64,000 nt of DNA from Phaeosaccion multiseriatum (taxonomy: Eukaryota > Protista > Ochrophyta, other classes): assembly GCA_965112735.1 (NCBI GenBank), contig OZ218956.1, positions 3,720,001 through 3,784,000 of the forward strand, in the 5' to 3' direction. Shown here piece after piece: positions 51,165 through 62,739 of this stretch. The notes under the pieces were generated by a model that saw only the letters and a list, made by a program, of their open reading frames with translations, had not been told where the DNA came from and did no database searches. A program made the position numbers and the translations under genes. The stretch's first letter is position 1. Each line of letters begins with the position of its first letter.

Positions 51165-52226
51165 ATGGGTAAATCGGCTTCCAGTGGTGGAAGGCACGCC
51201 GCATTGCGTCCCGCACGCGCCAGGGGCAGCCCGAACGGGCAGTCGAAAGCCTCCGCTACTGCTGCTGCTGCTGCGTCCCGTGAGGGCTTCCTCGAGGCCC
51301 TCAAAGGCTTGTTGGAAGACAAAGAGATGCACAAGATTATTCGTTTTGAGGGAGGTGAGTTGTTTTTGGGTTGTGTGTCTAGTATACTCTTACATTGCCT
51401 CCCTTCCACAAAGCACGTTTTCAAACAAACGCTCACGACGTCTCTGGTTACTCTGTCTTCCCCTCTCGTATGAAAATGGAAGGTGTCCTCTCCGTGTTCA
51501 GCAAGGCGCGTGTCCTGGAAGCCCTCAAACCGAGATACAATTGGTGAGAACAAACAGCAGCATGGAGTCAGCACTTGCACTGCCGTTCTGTTGGAACAGG
51601 ACAGGCGGCATCCTACTGTCTCGATGTTCCTGTCCTTCTTCCTCTCTTCCAACAATTACTCATCTCCTCTCTTCCAACAACGAAAACGAGTTGATCAGGC
51701 AGGGCGGGACGCACAGGAGGGGATATATCACCTCACCTTAGCTCCGCCATAGCTTCTGCCCCCTCCTCACACCCACTTAAGGTCTCACATTTGTCCCCTT
51801 GCATCGCCCTTTCGCTGCCCGTCATCTCGCTTCTCGCCTTGCCTCAGCTACGGCAGCTTTGCGCGCCAGCTCAACTACTATCACTTCAAGCTTCACAAGC
51901 AGACTAAAACAGGGCCTGACGAGGCTACATACAGCCTCGGCATGGAGGTCGGCGTACGCAAGAAGGGCGCAGACTCTATCACTGTCCTTAACGGCCTTCC
52001 GAGGAAGAAGTCGAGGAAGAAGACCCATCGGTCGGCGGTACCCCATCGCGAGGCTCCCCGTAGGGACCAAGAAGGGCCGGCACGCAGTCCCGATCAGGAG
52101 AATGCACGTGATCCCGTTGCGGATGCGCTCAATCTTCTTTACCTCAAGCACTCGCCCCGAGAGGGCCTTGATCGCGAGGGGGAGGAGGAGGAGGAGCAGA
52201 AGAAGAAGAAGAAGAAAACGAGTTGA
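51165..52226 (+). CDS. HSF-type DNA-binding-domain protein; exons about 51165-51354, 51483-51543, 51848-52226
   Basis: Spliced product reads FLEALKGLLED..HKIIRF..VLEALKPRYN..YGSFARQLNYYHFK, resembling the HSF signature SFxRQLNxYxF. Basic NLS-like runs follow. Confidence 0.75.
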
Positions 52227-53050
52227 CTCAGAGAGGGCACGAGAAGTCAACCGCACCGCCAGCGTGCTTCCGGTCCCTTGTCCTCGAAAGATTGGTGAGG
52301 AAGAGGAGGAGGAGGACGAAGAAGAAGAAGAAGAAGAAAAGTAGACGAAGAGGAAGAGAAGGAAGATTTTTGGGCAATGTGTTAAGAGTGTGTAAGAAGT
52401 AGGAAGGGTGAAAGGTATTGGGGCTTGTCGCAGATCCAAGAGTGGGCCGTTTATAACAGGCCCTACTCTTTCTGCGATTCATTCCACTTGCCCCTTTAAA
52501 TTTTAATTACAAAGAAGGTATGCGTGTTCTTTTCGTACACGGCACGACCTCGTGTTCCGTGTGTGTTTTCTTCTTTCTCGTGTGCGTCCGCCGCGACGCG
52601 ACAAGCAAGCAAAGCAACATGATGTGAAGGCGACGGAGACACTCCTTCCCATAACTGCAGGCCCGCCTTTCTGACGCCGCGTGTGTGCTCACGCGTTAGT
52701 CACTGAGCTGCAGTGGAGTGTCAGCAGCGGGGGAGGCTCAGTCCAAATTGGAAGGAAGCTGGATGGATCGGAAGCTGCAAGCGGATATCGGGGTCGTTTT
52801 GCCTTAACGGCGAGATGGGCTTTTCGCAGAAATCGACGTCAAAATTCGTAGATCTGGGAGCTGACCGGCTGGTGCCGTGCCGACCGGAAGGAAGGAAGGA
52901 AGGCGGAAGCTGCGAAGCTTGTCGTCGACTGTGAGGGGGCCGATTCCACCTCGACACCTCCACCTCCACCCCGGGGTGCGTCCCAGAGCTCCGTCGCAGA
53001 GTGGAGAGGGATGTATCCCAATGCCGAAAGCATCATGTCGCTAGGGGGCT

Positions 53051-53068
53051 CACACACACACACACACA

Positions 53069-53106
<38 letters not shown>

Positions 53107-53190
53107 TCACACACACACACACACACAAACACACAAACACATCACACACACACACACACAAACACATCACACACACACACACAAACACAT

Positions 53191-53259
<69 letters not shown>
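53051..53259. repeat. (CA)n compound microsatellite, intergenic
   Basis: Read directly from the sequence. Confidence 0.95.
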
Positions 53260-53260
<1 letters not shown>

Positions 53261-53310
53261 GGATGGGAGATGGGAGTTGATGGTTACGGATCCTCGGGGA
53301 TCCGATCCAC

Positions 53311-53752
53311 TCGACCCCTGACACGCTATCCGCTAACGCTATCGCCGGCGCCAGCCGGCACGCTATCCGCTATCTCCGGCGCGCTATCCGCTATCGCCGG
53401 CGCAGCCGGCTCGCTATCCGCTATCGCCGGCGCAGCCGGCTCGCTATCCGCTATCGCCGGCGCGCAGCCGGCTCGCTATCCGCTATCGCCGGCGCCAGCC
53501 GGCGCGCTATCCGCTATCGCCAGCGTCAGCTGCTACCGCACCGGGGGGGGGGGGGGGGGGGAGAGCTGACGCCAGCCGGCGCGCTATCCGCTATCGGCCG
53601 GCGCCAGCCGGCACGCTATCCGCTATCGGCCGGCGCCAGCCGGCACGCTATCCGCTATTGGCCGGCGGCCGATAGCGCGCTATCGGGCCCGCCGGGGCGC
53701 GATAGCGCGCTATCGAGAATGTGAGCGATAGCGATAGCGTGTCAGGGGTCGA
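53311..53752. mobile_element. Non-autonomous DNA transposon (MITE/foldback-like), 442 bp, 20-bp perfect TIRs, 6-bp TSD
   Basis: TCGACCCCTGACACGCTATC (53311-53330) and its exact reverse complement (53733-53752), flanked by ATCCAC at 53305-53310 and 53753-53758. The interior is a tandem array of CGCTATCCGCTATCGCCGGCGC(C)AGCCGG. Confidence 0.85.
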
Positions 53753-53855
53753 ATCCACCGGGAGACGACACAAATAAACCAGAGGCTTCCGGAATTGGAG
53801 TTTCAATGAGAGAGTGGCTGTTGCGACTTTTTGACCAGGTGAGCAATCGCATGGG

Positions 53856-55826
53856 ATGGCGCTGCGGCAGGGGATAGACTCGAGTGGAGGAGAGGGCCAG
53901 GAATCCGGGGAGGGGGAGGCCGTTGCCCCTCGGCTGAGCTCCAGAAGCAGCAGTAGCAGCAGCTGCGATGCTTCTCTCCCTCGCGCCGGGGAGCTCGGCA
54001 CTGTCCCCCTGCTGGGCTCCAGGAGCAGCAGTAACAGCAGCTGCGACGCTGGCCTCGCTCCCGCTGGCATTACCGAAGGTAGCGGCTGGAGTCTTGACAA
54101 CGTGCGCTCACGGCCGGAGGGGTGGTGGGAGGAGGAGGTCCCAAAGGCGAGGGGCGGGAGTGAGATCCTCCATAGCCTGAGGCACACCTCATCTTCTTCG
54201 TCCCAGGAGGACGTTGACCGGATGGTGGATCTGTGCATGCGCTTCACACGGGGCGCTTCCGCCGCACAGCTCGCCGCAGTGGAAGTTCTGGCTGCTCACT
54301 ACTATGCCTCTGCTCCCGAGGGCGAGGCACCGCTGACGACCTGCCTAAGCAGCCGCCTGCGACGGGCCAAGGCGAGCCGCTTTAGACACCCTGGCCTGTT
54401 CCTGCGCTACCAGCAGCTCATGGGGGCCACGCGGGTGGTGCGGGCTGCGCAGAATTTTGGCATTAACCCCTTTGAAATGGCGCACCACGTCTCGGTTCAG
54501 CGCCGCCAAATGCAGAAACAGCAGCAGCGGCGGCGGCGGCGGCAAGAGGAGGACCTGCAAGCAGGGAGCTGCTCAGAGGTTGAAGACGACGACGCTGCCT
54601 CTTCGGACCAGTCGGGGAGTGGAGGAGAGCAGCAGCGGGAGCCGGACGGGGCGGAGCTGGGGAGAACGGAGGTGGACGGACTGGACTGCAGCGGCAAGAC
54701 GCGGGGAAGAGGCAGGGCGATGGGGACAAGGAAGCGCCCACGCTCACCGCACTCGGAGGATGAGGGGGTGAAGGCGCACGCAGTAGCGCAACCAGCACGA
54801 GGACCCGCGACGGCAAGAGCAACGGAGCAACGGTTAGGAAAGGGAAAGGAGGCCGATCTGGCACGGGAGAAGGCGCTCCAAGAGCCGGACAAGGACAAGG
54901 ACAAGGACAAGGAGAGAGAGCAGGGGGGGAAGGGACGGGGGAAGGAGGGAATAGAATCGATAGAAGCTCGGATGCATGGCGAAACTCGACCTGTCCCGTT
55001 ATTAAGAGAGGCCCAAGGCGAGCTGGAGGAGGGCACGGAGGGTGAGGAGACCGAGCAGAAGGCTGGGGAGGGGAAGGCAGACGGGAGAGGAGAGCGGGAA
55101 GGCGGAAAGGAAGAGCGGGACACGCCTCGGCAGCCTGGGCCCAACAAGGTGGCGGCGGCGACGGCGGTAACAGCCCGGACAAGCAAGCGAGGGGGTGAGA
55201 GCAGAGGGTCTGACAAAGCCTTCGCCGCGCTTGCATCTCCCACTCGCCCTGCTGCCACGAGCATCGCTAAGCCAGTGAACCAAGCCCAAGCTACAGCAGT
55301 TGGTGATACGGTGCCTGGTGTCGAGCCGACCGAGAGAGCACCGTCCAGCCTCCCACCAACGCCCACGCCACCCCCACTCCTCCACCTACAGCAGCGGCCG
55401 TGTGCGGCGAGAGAGACAGCCGCCGTCGTCACGCCACCAAGGCCGCCTACCTTGGTGGACCCCCGCGTCCAGTTTAAGTTCCAGGACGTGATCAAGGGCA
55501 AGCCCCGCCACAGGATGCTGTACTGCATCGACGAGGTGGAGAGGGGCATGGAGACCGCCCCCGCAGCGGACACTGGCACTCACACTGGCAGGGCGGGAGG
55601 AGGCCGAGGCCGAGGAGGAAGAGGAGGAGCGCTGGTCCCAAGGAAGGGGGTACAGGATGCGCCTGCAGGATCTGCTCTAGCTGGCGAGAGGGTGGACACC
55701 GCGGGCACCGGCAGGAGGAAGGACTGCGTCGGGGGAGGGAAGGGCATCGAGGAGAGGGAGAGGGGCGCAGATGCGGCGGTCTTTCCGCCCATTCGCCGCA
55801 GCCAGCGCCGGAAGCTCTATCAGTAG
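53856..55826 (+). CDS. Hypothetical intronless protein (656 aa), mostly low complexity
   Basis: Long ORF from ATG to stop with one globular-looking segment (VDRMVDLCMRF..NFGINPFEMAHHV). No family recognised. Confidence 0.55.
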   Translation: MALRQGIDSSGGEGQESGEGEAVAPRLSSRSSSSSSCDASLPRAGELGTVPLLGSRSSSNSSCDAGLAPAGITEGSGWSLDNVRSRPEGWWEEEVPKARGGSEILHSLRHTSSSSSQEDVDRMVDLCMRFTRGASAAQLAAVEVLAAHYYASAPEGEAPLTTCLSSRLRRAKASRFRHPGLFLRYQQLMGATRVVRAAQNFGINPFEMAHHVSVQRRQMQKQQQRRRRRQEEDLQAGSCSEVEDDDAASSDQSGSGGEQQREPDGAELGRTEVDGLDCSGKTRGRGRAMGTRKRPRSPHSEDEGVKAHAVAQPARGPATARATEQRLGKGKEADLAREKALQEPDKDKDKDKEREQGGKGRGKEGIESIEARMHGETRPVPLLREAQGELEEGTEGEETEQKAGEGKADGRGEREGGKEERDTPRQPGPNKVAAATAVTARTSKRGGESRGSDKAFAALASPTRPAATSIAKPVNQAQATAVGDTVPGVEPTERAPSSLPPTPTPPPLLHLQQRPCAARETAAVVTPPRPPTLVDPRVQFKFQDVIKGKPRHRMLYCIDEVERGMETAPAADTGTHTGRAGGGRGRGGRGGALVPRKGVQDAPAGSALAGERVDTAGTGRRKDCVGGGKGIEERERGADAAVFPPIRRSQRRKLYQ

Positions 55827-56503
55827 CAGCAGCCGTTGGGCGGTAGATGTGATATCAACATCAGGAGAGGGAGGAGTAGCAGAATGAGCAGGGTAGAGGG
55901 TAGAGGAGAGGAGGAGGGGAGGGAGAGGGGAGGAGAAGGGAGAGCGGCGTGTCATTGGAGTACGATGTGGTGGGGGAGAGGGGAGAAGAGGAGGAGGTCA
56001 CCATGAACCATGATAATGAGGCGACAGAGACCGTAGAGACCATGGTACTGCTGGTCAGGAGAAGAGAGGGAAAAGGGGCGAAAAGGGAAAATGAAAAAAT
56101 AAAAAATTGTCTTTTTACAACCAAAAATCCTCCTCCCGGTGGGCCTTTTAAGCACTTTATCCACCTGCCTTCTCCACCTTTTGCCCCTTGCTGGTGCCAC
56201 GGGATATACGCAGCCCTGGTGTGGAGATCGCTCCCTCCTTCCTCCTCCCTCACTGCTCATTCAATCAATTGTTTCAGCTCTTTTTCTCTTCTCCATTTGC
56301 TCTCGAAGGATCTGTTGGGTTGGAAGGGGGCCGGGGAGGAGAAAGAAGAAAGAGGAGGGAAAAAAGACGAGACGTAATTGAGCGGCAGGGAGAAGTGTGA
56401 TGCTCGGGTGAAGAGGAGAAGAGGTGGTGTTCGTGCCAAGAAGAGCGAGCAGCGTCAAAGGGAAGGGTTCAGAAAGGCGAGGAGCAACGAGAGCTCCCCC
56501 GTT

Positions 56504-57960
56504 ATGGCGGGGATCCCATCCGAGGGGGGCCAGAGGTGGAAGAGGAAGAGCGGCGTAAGAAACAATGTCGGCGAGCTGCAGGCTGTAAAGGAGCAGCTGG
56601 AGGGCATGTGTCTCTCTCTCGATGGCCTAACAGGGGCCACGGCAACCGCAGGGGCAGCGACGGCACCAGCACCAGCAGCAGCAGCGGCACGAGCGGCACC
56701 TGATATGGTCGAAGCAGATGCGATGCTACGCCAGCTCCAAATCGACGTGGCCAGTCGAAGCGGCAAGAGTGGGGTCGAGGTGGGGGCGGCAGGGTTGCGA
56801 GAGGCCATGGAGAGGCTCAACATCCCTGCCGGTGAGGCCCAGGGCATTGATGAGGGCTGGCAGGGGGACGGGGCTGGCAGCGAGGCGAGCGAGGGGGAGA
56901 TTCGGTCAGAGGGAGAGCTCAGCCCGGCGAGAGGCGGACGGATGAATCATCATTATCAGCAACAACAACATCAACAACAACGCAAACACCTCGTGTCTGA
57001 GTCGGAGTCGTCGGAGGAGTCAGATGAGGAGGACTCAGAGGAGGGGGAGGGGGAACAAGAGCATTATGGAGGAGGTGCCCATTCGCGGGAGCACTCCCAG
57101 AGGGAGACGCAGAGGGTTTCTGAGCGGGGGTCTGCGCTGCACGCCTGGCAACTCGTGTCCAGCGGCGGAGAGCGAGTGCCCGTATCAAGCTTTGTATCGC
57201 TCATGACCCACTTGGGACACATGCACCTGCTTGGACAGGCCACCCAATCAGCTGTGGAGCACGGCCTGATGGACGGGCAGTGGGTGTACCAGGAGGAGTT
57301 CTTGAGCTGGTACGATAGTTGGTTCTGGAGCGACCAGGCAGACGGCATCGCCGCCACCGGAGGAGGGGGGGGAGGAGGAGGAGGAAGGGCAGGGGCAGCG
57401 GCGGCGGGAGCGGGAGGAGGAGGAGGAGGAGGAGGAACACGAGGAGGCGCAGCAGCAGCAGCAGGAGGAGGAGGAGGAGGGGGAAGGACGGAGGCCTTTG
57501 AGAGTATGCCTATGGATGAGCTGTACGACGAGGGCGTGTGGGGAAGAGTGGGAGGCGAGGGCGGGGGGGAGAGAGGAGGGAGTGGGCTCTATGATGATGG
57601 GCCCTCTCTTTATAACATTGGCGACGACGACGAAGACGAGGAGGATGAGGGCTTGCGGGAAGACGAGCTTGACAGCCTGGACGATGACAGCGGGGGGGAG
57701 GACACGGACGAGGACAACAGGGAGGAGAGGAGAGGCCGGGGAGGGGGAGGGGGTTCCGTAAAGGGGATGGGCGGAGATGGCATGAAGGGTGCAGGACTTG
57801 AGCAGTTGCAAGAGGAGGAGGAGAGCGAAGAGGAGAGCGAAGAGGAGAGCGAAGAGGAGGACAGTTATGACGACGAAGAGGAGGAGGCGGACGACGGGCG
57901 GGGAGGGGGCAATGCGTCGAGCAAGTTGGACTCGCTCGATTTCGATAGGCTCCACATCAG

Positions 57961-58007
<47 letters not shown>

Positions 58008-58295
58008 GGGGAGGGGGGCAGCAGGCACAGGCAGGGGCACAGGCACGGAATCGGAGTGTGTCAGAGGAGTCGGCCGGGGGAGGGGCCCGGGGCGAAGGGC
58101 GCACGGGGGACGGAGAGGGGGGGGCGTCTCCGAAGAGAGGCAGGAGCACCTCGTCCTCGGGGGACGCCTGGGGGGGAGGAGCACCCGCGAGGGATGATCA
58201 GAGCACCAGTGGAGGGCACGAGAGGAGCGATCGCAATAGCAGCAGCAGCAATAGCAGCGGCAATAGCAGCGGCGGCAGTGGCGGCGGCAGCAGCA

Positions 58296-58337
<42 letters not shown>

Positions 58338-59256
58338 CCGATGGCGTGAACCCCTTCGCCTTCGAAGCGGGCGGGGCAGCGAGCAGCAAGGCAGCAGCAA
58401 GCAGCAGAAAGGGAAGGGCCGCCAAGGGGAGGGACACGTGGCAGCAAAGGCGAAGCGGCGCGGCCTCGCGAGGCAGCCCCAGCCACTCGCAGAAGGAGCG
58501 GAGTGACTCGTTGCGGACTGACTCTTTCGACTCCTTCAGAGAGGGAATACAGGACGACTCGCCCTTCTCCAGCACCGCTCCCGACCGAATGGAGCTCGAC
58601 ATCGAGGGCCCCGGGGGGGACGGAGTGGCCGAGCTGGCGGCCAAGGTGGCAGCGGCAGGCTTCAGCATCGGCTCTGCGGCCCAGGGGGGTAGGGGCAAGA
58701 GCAAGGGCAGGGGGGGCGGCAGGAGCGCCAGACTGGAGCAGCTGCGCAGCGAACACTTCAAGAGCGGGAGTAGCATCGGCAGCGGCAGCAGCAGGAGCAG
58801 CGGCGGCAGCAGTCATATGGGCAGCAACGGTGGCAGCAGCATGGGCAGCGGCAGCAGCGTTTCTATACCGAGTGTGATAAGCACCCCGGGGGGCTTTGGC
58901 CTGGCGGGGGCGGCAGCGGCGGCGCTGGGCAGCGGGGGGCACTTTGAGTTCGGAGGAGGGATCTCGCTGCACGGCTTACAAAGTAACAGCAACAGCAGCA
59001 CAGGGGAGGGCAGCCCCTCTACCCACCGCAGCTTCAGCCAGCCGCTGCCCTCCGCGCCATTCACTCCCAACCTGTCGAGTACCAACGTACCCCCCTTCCA
59101 GCCCCCTCCGGCAGCGGCGGCGGCAGCGGCGACGGCAGCGGCGACAGGGGAGACAGGACCTCCACCGCAGGACGGGGGGGGCAACGTCGGTGCGTTTAGG
59201 TTTAGCATTGGGGAGGGGGGCGGTGCGAGCGCCAGCGGCGGTGGCGCCAGCAGTAG

Positions 59257-59287
<31 letters not shown>

Positions 59288-59435
59288 GCTGCGTGGGTCA
59301 AGAAGTTGGGCAAGGGCAAGGCCTCAATGCTGAGGAGCAAGCTTAGGGGGGGCAGCACCTCTACTTCGGGGGCCAAAACCAAGGCTTCAGCCGCGCAACA
59401 GCAAAAGCAGCAACAAGCGCCCGAGGTGGCGATAC

Positions 59436-59467
<32 letters not shown>

Positions 59468-60288
59468 GCGCCGGCCGCGACAGTGCCCGAGCAGATGCCT
59501 CGGACGCCACAGCAGGACAAGCAGGCACGCAAGGCCGCCGGAGGGAAGGCCGCGGGAGGGGTGTTTGGCTCCCTGTTCGGGATGCACCCCTTTGGAGGGA
59601 GGGGAGCAGCCGGCGGCGAGCCTGGCGCCCCCGGGGGGGAGGCTGTGGGCGCGAGTGCGGCGCAGGAGCTGCGGGAGGAGTGGCAGCGTCAGGTGGAGGA
59701 GAAGGCCCTGCAGGAGGCCCGCCAGAGGTAAGCAAGTCGGGCTTGCGTGCGTGTGTGCGTGTGTGCGTGTGTGCGCGAGTTGCGCTTCGTGTGCGTACAA
59801 GTGCGCCCCATATGCCTCCGCCTGGGGCCCTTCTTTTGCATCTTCTTTCCCTCCTCCCCACCCCATACGCCTGTAATCCCCCTCCTGACTTCGTGCCCCT
59901 TCCCTTCCCTTCCCATACGCCTCTATCTGCAGAGAGGCGGAGCAGCAGCAGCAGCGCCTGACAGAGGCCCTTCGCAAGGCCAAGCTCGACGCGAGCGACG
60001 CGTACCGAGGGCAGCAGTGGCGCCAGGCCGCTCAGCACTACTCAAGCGCGCTCGCCCTTACGCAGCGCCTCAAGGAAGGCTTGGAGGAGCAGCAAAGGGA
60101 GCAGCTCAGTAGGGTTGGGAGCGCTGCCCCTCCCCCCTCCCCCTCCCCGGCAGCGGAGGCGGCGCTTAAGCGCGTGTCTGTGCTGCTGTGGAACAGAGCG
60201 GCGGCGTACATGATGCTGGACATGTTCCGTGCAGCGGCCAGCGATTGCCTCGCCTCAAAGAGGAGCGACGGCACCTTCCTCAAGGTGC

Positions 60289-60351
<63 letters not shown>

Positions 60352-62327
60352 CTGATCTCTCTTGTGTGTGTGTGCACGTGCCTGACGTATGTGTGTGCAT
60401 GGGCATGAGAGGAAGGGGGGTGAAGTCCAATCCGAGGCGTCGGTCGACTCTTGTTTGGGCCTTTGCGTTGTTGAGTGTATTCTTCCCTCCCGTCTGTGAG
60501 AGAGGCTTCCATGCACACTCCACGCCTACTCTCCGTCACCGTTCAGACCGTCGGGTCTTGACGCTCCCCTCTCCTCGCTGCTGCTGCCTCCCCCCCTCCT
60601 CCCCTGGCCTCCTTGGCTGGTGCTGCCCCTTGCTGTCTCACCAACTGCTGCACTTTCAGGTGAACACACGCCTGGGCCGCGCCTACCTCAAGGCGGGCAT
60701 GGACGTGGATGCAGACTCTGCCTTCACCGACACGTTGTGGCAGGCAAGAGAGGCCCTCACACACCCCAACCCTAGCGATCCCAGCGGCGGCGGCAGCAGC
60801 AGGGGCACACACGCGGCGCCCCTCCCGGCAGCCGATGTGCAGCGCGAGCTCAGCTCCATCGCGGCGGAGTGCGAGAGCGGGAAGAAGGACGTGTATCGGG
60901 TCAGGACGGCGGCGGCGCAGGCCAACCAGGCCTTCAATCAGTACAAGCGGGCAGGAGGAGGAGGAGGAGGAAGCTCGCGGGGGAAGACGGACTCGGCCTC
61001 TCAGTCTCTGCTGCTCGAGGTGCTGCGGGAGAGCGAGGCGGTGCTGCGTCTGTCTCCCAACCACGAGGAGGCCCAGCGCCTCAAAGCGCAGGCGCTGCTT
61101 AAGCTCAAGAGGGGTCCAGAGTGCGCGGCCTTTGCGGAGAAGGCGGCGGCGGCACGGACCAAGCTCGAGGCCCTTGACGTGACGCAGTTGCAGAGGAGCA
61201 AGGCGGATGGCCAGGGCGGTAGTAGTAGCAGCAGCAGCAGCAGTAGCAGTAGGGTGGACCTGCCGCCTGCCGAGCTGTGCAGCGGCTACATGCACTCGGC
61301 GGTGGCGGAGTGTTACTGCAAGGCTCTTCGCTACGGAGGGAGGAAGGAGGACGCGAGAGCCTGCCTTGTGACGCTGGTGGACGGGGGCGACTTTGTGTGG
61401 GCGGAGGAGCAGCTCAAGCAGACGAATGATCTGCAGCGCCTCAAGACGGGGGCGGATGCGGCCTTCAGCAAGGGGGCCTTCAGCACGGCGGTGGACCTCT
61501 ACAGTAAGGCACTGAAGGTGGACCCGGAGGACGACGAGACCAACGCAAAGTGCTTCTGCAACAGAGCGGCCGCCTACATGGCACTGCAGAGCTTCCGAAA
61601 GTCCATTCTGGACTGCGGCGACGCCCTCGCCATTGACCCAAAGTACACGAAGGCGCGCCTCAGGAGGGCAAGGTCTCACAGGGCCTTGAAGAACTGGGCT
61701 CTCGCGCAGAGCGATTTCGAGCAAGTCATCAAGGAGGGAGGGGCAGGGGCCACGAGCCAGGCCGACGTGAGGGCGGAGTTGAAACTGTGCAGGGAGCAGC
61801 AGGCCCAGGAGATGGCACAGAAGCGGAGGCAGCACTTCCCCTCCTACTACCCCAACTCGGATGACGATGACATGGACGAGGGGGAGGAAGAGTACCACGG
61901 TTTCGACTCCGACGACGGCGGGGTCATGGGGGACGACTACGACGCCTTCCGCTTCTTCTTCGGGGGGGGCGGGGGGGGCAAGGGGAGCGGCAAAGGGGCG
62001 CGGGCGAGCTCGGCAGGAGGGGCGAGGAGCAGGCCGCAGCCGCAGCAGCACAGGAGCAGCTACACGGCCGGGGCAGGAGGGGGAGGAGGGCGGAGACACA
62101 GCGCGAGCAGGGCGATACCGCCTCACTACGTCACGCTGGGCCTCACGCAGTCTGCCACGCACACCGAGGTCAAGAAGAACTACCGCAAACTGGCACTCCA
62201 ATACCACCCCGACAAGAACAAGGACGTGGGTGCCTCGGAAAAGTTCAAAGGCATCTCGGAGGCCTACGGAGTGCTCAGCGACGCCAAGGCTAGGGCCGAT
62301 TACGATAGGGTCCAGCGGTACCTTTGA
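56504..62327 (+). CDS. TPR-repeat and C-terminal J-domain co-chaperone (DNAJC7/TPR2-like) with a long disordered N-terminus; exons 56504-59727, 59933-60284, 60660-62327
   Basis: TPR: [61 protein letters not shown]-domain: [39 protein letters not shown], with HPD intact. Confidence 0.9.
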
Positions 62328-62739
62328 CCTCTAGCAGGGCTCGCATGACCTCTCTCTAGGGGTACTTGCTGGGCCCGCTTAGGTGAGGTGGTTGGTTGGC
62401 AGCACAGCAGTCGTTCTTCTCGGGTGGGAGGTTACGGCAGGCAGGCAGAGTGGCAGGCCAACAGCAGCCCCAAGGCGCAGCCACAGGGCTCGATATATAT
62501 ATACACATGCTTCTCACTCACACTGGAGCTAAGTGTGCATTAAATATTTTGAATTTGAATGTGTCCTTACCACCCCTTTTGTCACCCCCCAAGACTATGG
62601 TACTCCTAAACAAATACCGCAAGCATCATCATCACATGACTCGTAAGACTGAGTAAGTACCTTCCCTTCCCTTCCCTTCCCTTCCACACTCTCCACCGAC
62701 AAGACCCCAAGTAACTGACTGAAATGAGGTCCCATTAAC

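Noticed and set aside
53331-53732. About 30-bp repeats as a possible CRISPR array or coding repeat (ORF 53270-53569)
   Set aside because: No unique spacers; the array is bounded by TIRs and a TSD, so it is better explained as transposon interior.
60543-62207. 554-aa minus-strand ORF
   Set aside because: Antisense shadow of the TPR-DnaJ exon with no independent motifs.
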